From Planctomycetota bacterium (lineage in GTDB: Bacteria > Planctomycetota > MHYJ01 > WSZJ01), in the NCBI GenBank assembly GCA_038060895.1, contig JBBTCT010000022.1, positions 288,001 to 352,000 on the forward strand: a DNA stretch of 64,000 nt. Direction: 5' to 3'. The notes below the pieces were generated by a model. That model did not search any database, was not told where the DNA came from, and saw only the letters and a program-made list of their open reading frames with translations. Each line of letters opens with the position of its first letter. Within the stretch, counting starts at the first letter, position 1. Position numbers and translations under genes: made by a program. Below are positions 59,360 through 64,000 of this stretch, in pieces.

Positions 59360-60412
59360 ATGAAAACCCTCGCGACCGTCGCTTCGCTGGCCCTCGTCAT
59401 TTCCGCTGCCGCCGAGCCTCCTGCCGTCGCCCCGAAGCCAAAAGGGGACCGGGCCCTCGCGCTCAGCGTGACCATGCCCAGGGAAGGGGACTACGCGAAG
59501 GAGTTTGAGGAAGCGCAGAAGGCGGGGCTGCGGCACAACGTGCTGTCGTTCGACTGGGCGGACCTGGAGACGGCGGAGGGGGAGTACAAGCCGGCGACGA
59601 ATTTCCTCGTGATTGCCAACGCGTGGTATCCGCCGCGCAAGGTCCCGGTGCACTTGATGGTGCGGCCGATTCACACGAACCAGGACGCGCGGCCGGCGTT
59701 CCGGAAGGGGAAGGCGTTCGACGACCCGGAAGTGATCGCCGCTTTCAAGCGGCTGCTCGACTGGGTTTTCGCGCAGGTCCCCGACCTCGAGGTCCCCAGC
59801 TTTTCGATCGGATCCGAGAGCGACCTCTGGCTCGAGCAGGACGACGCGCGCTGGAAGGCCTTCGGGACGTTCCTCAAGGAGGCCGCCGCGCACGCCCGCA
59901 AGCTTCGCCCCGGCCTGAAGGTCGCGAGCGAATTTCGCCTCGCGGGCATCCGCGGCAGTCACTCCGCGCGCCTGAAGGGACTGCTTTCGAGCTGCGACGT
60001 CGCGGGCGTCTCCGACTACCCGATCGACGACCAGACGATCGCCCTCGACCCCGCCGCAGTCCGGGCGACGTTCAAGGACGCGGTCGCGTTCGCGGGGAAA
60101 AAGCCGGTGTACTTCTACCAGCTCGGTTACCCCTCCGGCGCCGGCTGCAAGAGCTCCGAGGAAAAACAGGCGACCTTCATCCGCGAAGTTTTCGCCGCGT
60201 GGGACCAGCACGAGAAGGCCGTCGCGTTCGTGAACACCACCTGGACCACCGACATCCCCGCCGCCGCCGTCGAGGGCTACACGAAGTACTACCAGTTCGA
60301 CACGCCCGCCTTCCGCGATTTCCTGGGCTCGCTCGGGCTGCGCCACGAGGACGGGAAGCCGAAGCCCGCGTGGGAAGCGCTGCGGGACGAGACGAAAAAG
60401 CGGGGCTGGTAG
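59360..60412 (+). CDS. Secreted glycoside hydrolase-like TIM-barrel protein (clan GH-A-like, atypical)
   Basis: Signal peptide; FDWADLE..GEY, SIGSE, GVSDYP, KPVYFYQLGYPS, SEEKQA.F, GL..DGKPKPAW. Confidence 0.7.
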   Translation: MKTLATVASLALVISAAAEPPAVAPKPKGDRALALSVTMPREGDYAKEFEEAQKAGLRHNVLSFDWADLETAEGEYKPATNFLVIANAWYPPRKVPVHLMVRPIHTNQDARPAFRKGKAFDDPEVIAAFKRLLDWVFAQVPDLEVPSFSIGSESDLWLEQDDARWKAFGTFLKEAAAHARKLRPGLKVASEFRLAGIRGSHSARLKGLLSSCDVAGVSDYPIDDQTIALDPAAVRATFKDAVAFAGKKPVYFYQLGYPSGAGCKSSEEKQATFIREVFAAWDQHEKAVAFVNTTWTTDIPAAAVEGYTKYYQFDTPAFRDFLGSLGLRHEDGKPKPAWEALRDETKKRGW

Positions 60413-60469
60413 CGGGTGCCGCCCGCTCCCAGGAACGCCACGCCTTCTTCAGCGCCGCGATATCGAGCT

Positions 60470-62017
60470 TCACCATTCCCGCGGGTGAGGCTCCTCCGCC
60501 TCGAACGCCTCCACCCCGGCGTTCGCGCAGGCTTTTCGCATGTGGGTCATGGCTTCCTGGAGTTCCAGCGTTTCGTTGACCTCCCTCAGCAGCGCCACGC
60601 TGGAGCGCCAGAAGGCCCTCGACTCGGCGGCCTTTCCCTGGCTGAGGAGCAGGAGGGCGAAGCGCCAGCCGGTGGCTCCCTCGAGCCTGCGGTTCTGGAT
60701 CGCGCGGTGATCGTCGAGCGCCCGCGCGTACATCGACGCGGCCTCCCCGCTCCTGCCGGCTCCCGCGTAGATGCCGGCGAGTTTCGCCTGCATGAGGCCG
60801 ACGCTGCGCCGGTTCCCGACCTCCAGGTTCACGGCGAGGGCCTGTTCGATCAGGGATTCCGCCTCGAGCGTCCGTCCCTGCCGCAGGAGAATCTCGCCCA
60901 GGTTGCCGAGCGCGATGCCTTCGGACCGGCGATTGCCCGTCTCCCGGCTCAGCGCCATTGACTGCTCGTACAGGTCTCGCGCCTTGTCGAGCGCGCCGAG
61001 CTGCATGGCCGCGCCCCCCAGGTTGCCCAGCGCGTTGCCCTCGAACCGACGGTCCCCGACCTCGCGCTGGATCGCCAGCGCCTGCAGCAGGAATTTCTCG
61101 GCCAGCTCCGCGCGCCCCGTCACGAGGTAGACGAGCCCGAGCTTCTCCAGGGCGACGCCCTCACCCCGGCGGTTGCCGACTTCGCGCAGGACCGCCAGCG
61201 AATCCTCGTGCATGCGTTCCGCGAGCTCCATCCGGCCGGTCTCGAGGTAGATCCGGGCCGCGAGGTTGCCCAGCACGATGCCCTCGTTCCAGCGATTCCC
61301 CGACTTCCTGCAGATTCCCAGCGCCCGCTCGTAGGCCCGCTCCGCTTCTTCCATCCGCCCGCCCAGGGACAGGACGCCGGCCAGGTTACCCAGGGCCGCG
61401 CCCTCCCACGAAAGGTCGCTCGTGGGATCGAACGCCTCAAGCGCCCTCCGAAGAGTCGCTTCCGCATCCTCGAGCCGTCCCGTGTCCTGGTACGCAAGCC
61501 CCAGCGCCACGAACGCGATCGCTTCCAGCCGCGCCATTCCCATCTCCCGGAACGCAGCCGCTGCTTCCTCGAGGAGCCGCACCGCCTCGGCGACCCGCCC
61601 CCGGGTCCACGCCGTCCACCCCGCCCGCCGCGTCGCTTCGGCCCGCTCGACGCCCCCCCGCACCCCGGCGAATTCCAGCCAGCTCTCCTGCGCGGCCTCG
61701 TACCGGAAGCGCTGCTCCGCCACCTCCGCAGCCTGGCGCAAGTACAGCGCGCGCGCCTCCCGCATCCCGGCCGCATCGCCCGCCCCCCGCGCATGGTCGG
61801 CCAGCTCCCGCGCGAACGCGTCCGAGGCATGCGGCCGCCTGCCCTTCACGTCCGCCTCCAGCGGCCCGGGGTCCGGCCGCCTCCCGCCCGCCAACGCTTC
61901 GATCGCATCGAATGCGGCCGCGTGCAGGCGCGCCCGCTCGCCGGGAAGCTGGAGCTGGTACGCGGCGTCGCGGAGCAGGGCGTGACGAAACAGGTAGACC
62001 GTTTCAGCGGAGCTCAT
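60470..62017 (-). CDS. Tetratricopeptide repeat protein (orphan STAND C-terminal module, paralog 3)
   Basis: MSSAETVYLFRHALLRDAAYQLQLPGERARLH; TPR repeats. Confidence 0.85.
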   Translation of the reverse strand: MSSAETVYLFRHALLRDAAYQLQLPGERARLHAAAFDAIEALAGGRRPDPGPLEADVKGRRPHASDAFARELADHARGAGDAAGMREARALYLRQAAEVAEQRFRYEAAQESWLEFAGVRGGVERAEATRRAGWTAWTRGRVAEAVRLLEEAAAAFREMGMARLEAIAFVALGLAYQDTGRLEDAEATLRRALEAFDPTSDLSWEGAALGNLAGVLSLGGRMEEAERAYERALGICRKSGNRWNEGIVLGNLAARIYLETGRMELAERMHEDSLAVLREVGNRRGEGVALEKLGLVYLVTGRAELAEKFLLQALAIQREVGDRRFEGNALGNLGGAAMQLGALDKARDLYEQSMALSRETGNRRSEGIALGNLGEILLRQGRTLEAESLIEQALAVNLEVGNRRSVGLMQAKLAGIYAGAGRSGEAASMYARALDDHRAIQNRRLEGATGWRFALLLLSQGKAAESRAFWRSSVALLREVNETLELQEAMTHMRKACANAGVEAFEAEEPHPREW

Positions 62018-62034
62018 GCCCGGCGCTGCCACGG

Positions 62035-62053
62035 GCGAGCGAAGCGAGTCGAA
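62035..62053. repeat. REP-like element copy 2 (inverted)
   Basis: GCGAGCGAAGCGAGTCGAA is the reverse complement of 27656-27674. Confidence 0.55.
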
Positions 62054-62285
62054 CGGCGGAAAGAACATGTAATCTCAGCGGTCACGCCGCCCACTCTACT
62101 CGTCGGGGACCGTCCGCGATTCCCCCTCAGAGTCCCAGCGCGAAGGCGATCGCGAAGTCCACCCGGACGTCAGGTGGAAAGGGAAGCCCATCGGAGAGCG
62201 GGAAGCGGAGCCTGAAACTACAGCCAGAGACGGTTCGAATTGACGGTAACCGGAAATCTGAAGATTGGTCTGGTTCCTGGCTCTT

Positions 62286-63821
62286 CTATTCTCTCACCCA
62301 GCACACCCCCCAAACTTCCTCATCGACCACGAGCTCGACATTGCCGGTTTCGAGAGAGAGCACGCAGAGTCGTGCCATGCTGTTCTTGCCGTCGCGGCAG
62401 AAGAAGGCCAGAAAACGGCCATCCGGGGAGAGGGCCAGTTCGTCGAAGCGCCAGTTGTGATCGAGAAGCGTCCGGAAGCCTGTTCCATCCGAGGCGACCG
62501 AATCGACCCGCTGATGCTCTCCATCGACCCAGGTGGAGAGAAGCACGCGGTCTTCAAATTGCGACCACGCAAGTGGCCTCGTGGACCTGACGTCCTCCAG
62601 CGTCAATGCAGTCTTGACGTCCGTTCCGTCCAGGCTGGCCACGTCGAGCGACCCGGACTCTCCGCCGGCCGGTGAGAAAGCAATCCGCTTGGAGTCAGGT
62701 GAGAGCACGGGCTGCGCTGTCGTGTCCAGCGAAGCAATCCGTCTCGGGTTCTTTCCTTCGGGATCGACCCGAATTACTTCATAGACGAGTTCGTTCGAGG
62801 CGGAGGAGAGCCGGGTGACGAAGATCCCGGAACTGTCTGGAATCCAGATTCCGGCGCTGTCATGGACATCGTCGTCCGCCAGCGGCGTACGCGCGCGCGG
62901 ATTCGATCCGTCGGAGTTCATCAACCAGACCCGCCGCGAGACCTGCCCGGTACTGACGAAGAACAGGATCATCTGGCCATCCGGCGAGTACACCGGCGTG
63001 CTCGCGGGCCGAATTTCCGGCACGAAGGGAAGGACTTCGCCCTTGGCGACGTCCAGCCGCAGCAGGGTCCAATTGTCGAGATCAGGGGAGAAGGAGTGAC
63101 CGACTGCAAAGAGACCGTTCGGCGAGAGGTTCAGGTCGGCAAGTTGCGGTCTCGAGTGTTCCACTGTCTTCCGAGCGGCAATGCGCTTGCGATCCGTGCC
63201 GTCGGGCCGGCAGGTCCAGAATTCCTCCGCTGAGTACTCCTCGCCGTCGCGACAGATGTGCCGGTAGAGGAGTCTCTCTTTCGCCACGGGACGATCGAGA
63301 AGAAGATGATCCGCCCGCTTTCCATCGAGGACGAACGAGTCGACCAGCGTCTCGATCGCCGGGCGGCTGGCGTCCCAATCGCTGTGCTTGAGAAGAAACG
63401 CCATGTCAAACGCAGCAGAATCCCCCTTGGAGAAATGCCTCACCTCGACGAGCGACTCTTCGTCCTGCTTATAAGCGACTGCAAGAAACCTCCGTCCGCC
63501 GGCGGAACCCCCCATGTGCGCGTCTCGAAGCCTTCGAGCGAATTGGCGTTTCTTGCTGGCCGCCAGGCTTTCGAACCACGCTTCCGCCCGGTCGTCCGCG
63601 CCTTCGCCGAACGGTGCCTGGAGAAGCGCACCTCTGACCTTCCGATCCTTCGAATCGAACTCGATGATCGGCTGCCTGAACTCGGTGAACTGGAAGTCCT
63701 CCGTTCTGACGTCCCAGACTTCCGGAGCCGCTTTGAACGACAGTTTCTTGAGCTTCTCTTCGTCGCCAATAGCGGCGGAGGCGAGGCCTAGAATTCCGGC
63801 GAGGATTAGGAGCCGCTTCAT
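62286..63821 (-). CDS. Secreted TolB-like (PD40) beta-propeller protein
   Basis: Signal peptide; PVYSPDGQMILF, WLMNSDGSNPR, LSPDSKRIAF, LSPDGRFLAF repeats. Confidence 0.85.
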   Translation of the reverse strand: MKRLLILAGILGLASAAIGDEEKLKKLSFKAAPEVWDVRTEDFQFTEFRQPIIEFDSKDRKVRGALLQAPFGEGADDRAEAWFESLAASKKRQFARRLRDAHMGGSAGGRRFLAVAYKQDEESLVEVRHFSKGDSAAFDMAFLLKHSDWDASRPAIETLVDSFVLDGKRADHLLLDRPVAKERLLYRHICRDGEEYSAEEFWTCRPDGTDRKRIAARKTVEHSRPQLADLNLSPNGLFAVGHSFSPDLDNWTLLRLDVAKGEVLPFVPEIRPASTPVYSPDGQMILFFVSTGQVSRRVWLMNSDGSNPRARTPLADDDVHDSAGIWIPDSSGIFVTRLSSASNELVYEVIRVDPEGKNPRRIASLDTTAQPVLSPDSKRIAFSPAGGESGSLDVASLDGTDVKTALTLEDVRSTRPLAWSQFEDRVLLSTWVDGEHQRVDSVASDGTGFRTLLDHNWRFDELALSPDGRFLAFFCRDGKNSMARLCVLSLETGNVELVVDEEVWGVCWVRE

Positions 63822-64000
63822 GGAAGCAGCCTACCAAGAGCGGCGTTCGCTGACAGCCGACGACCTTGCCTCCTGGTTCTCCGACCGTACTTCTGTCGAC
63901 GGATTTGCACTCATCCGACGGGGCATACTCGCTGACACAAGTCGATCCCAACGACGGATTACTTCAACACCAACCCCTTAATGTTGTAGTACTTCGCCTC

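Noticed and set aside
59312-60346. N-terminal extensions of ORFs 58007-60346 (-) and 58079-60412 (+)
   Set aside because: Each is the antisense shadow of the other real gene; starts at 59311 and 59360 fit the paralog alignment and signal peptide
62548-62570. CAAATTGCGACC resembling the ORF6N palindrome
   Set aside because: Only a half match, inside the TolB-like CDS; likely chance

Overview
High-GC bacterial chromosome segment. Gene style suggests Planctomycetota or a relative (many Ser/Thr kinases, DUF58/BatA pair, MqnD, EF-P with a PGN loop); this is an inference. About 55 CDS: a GAF-GGDEF/RsbU/RsbW/RsbV partner-switching operon; three Hanks-type kinases; a degenerate cyclase-STAND-TPR gene plus three orphan TPR paralogs that all begin at the STAND 'FRHALLRDAAY' helix; lexA-orf-recA followed by an 18-aa hydrophobic sORF; nth, nfo, queG, sodA, split transketolase, acs, efp, mqnD; a rhodanese-MoeB with an in-frame UGA at a conserved Cys (probable selenoprotein); a bufferin-like MNIO (DUF692/DUF2063) cluster followed by a DUF255 thioredoxin and two CxxC-x8-CxxC lipoproteins; a Psr/Nrf-type molybdoenzyme operon; and a voltage-sensor-like/CorA fusion. 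The most unusual structure is an ORF6N gene inserted in the molybdoenzyme operon. It is flanked by five different 25-bp palindromes, each encoding an alternative version of the palindromic LxxQxxxS segment inside the gene. Many genes have a TANNNT box 6-11 nt before the start codon with no SD, which suggests leaderless mRNAs. No rRNA, tRNA or CRISPR array was recognised.
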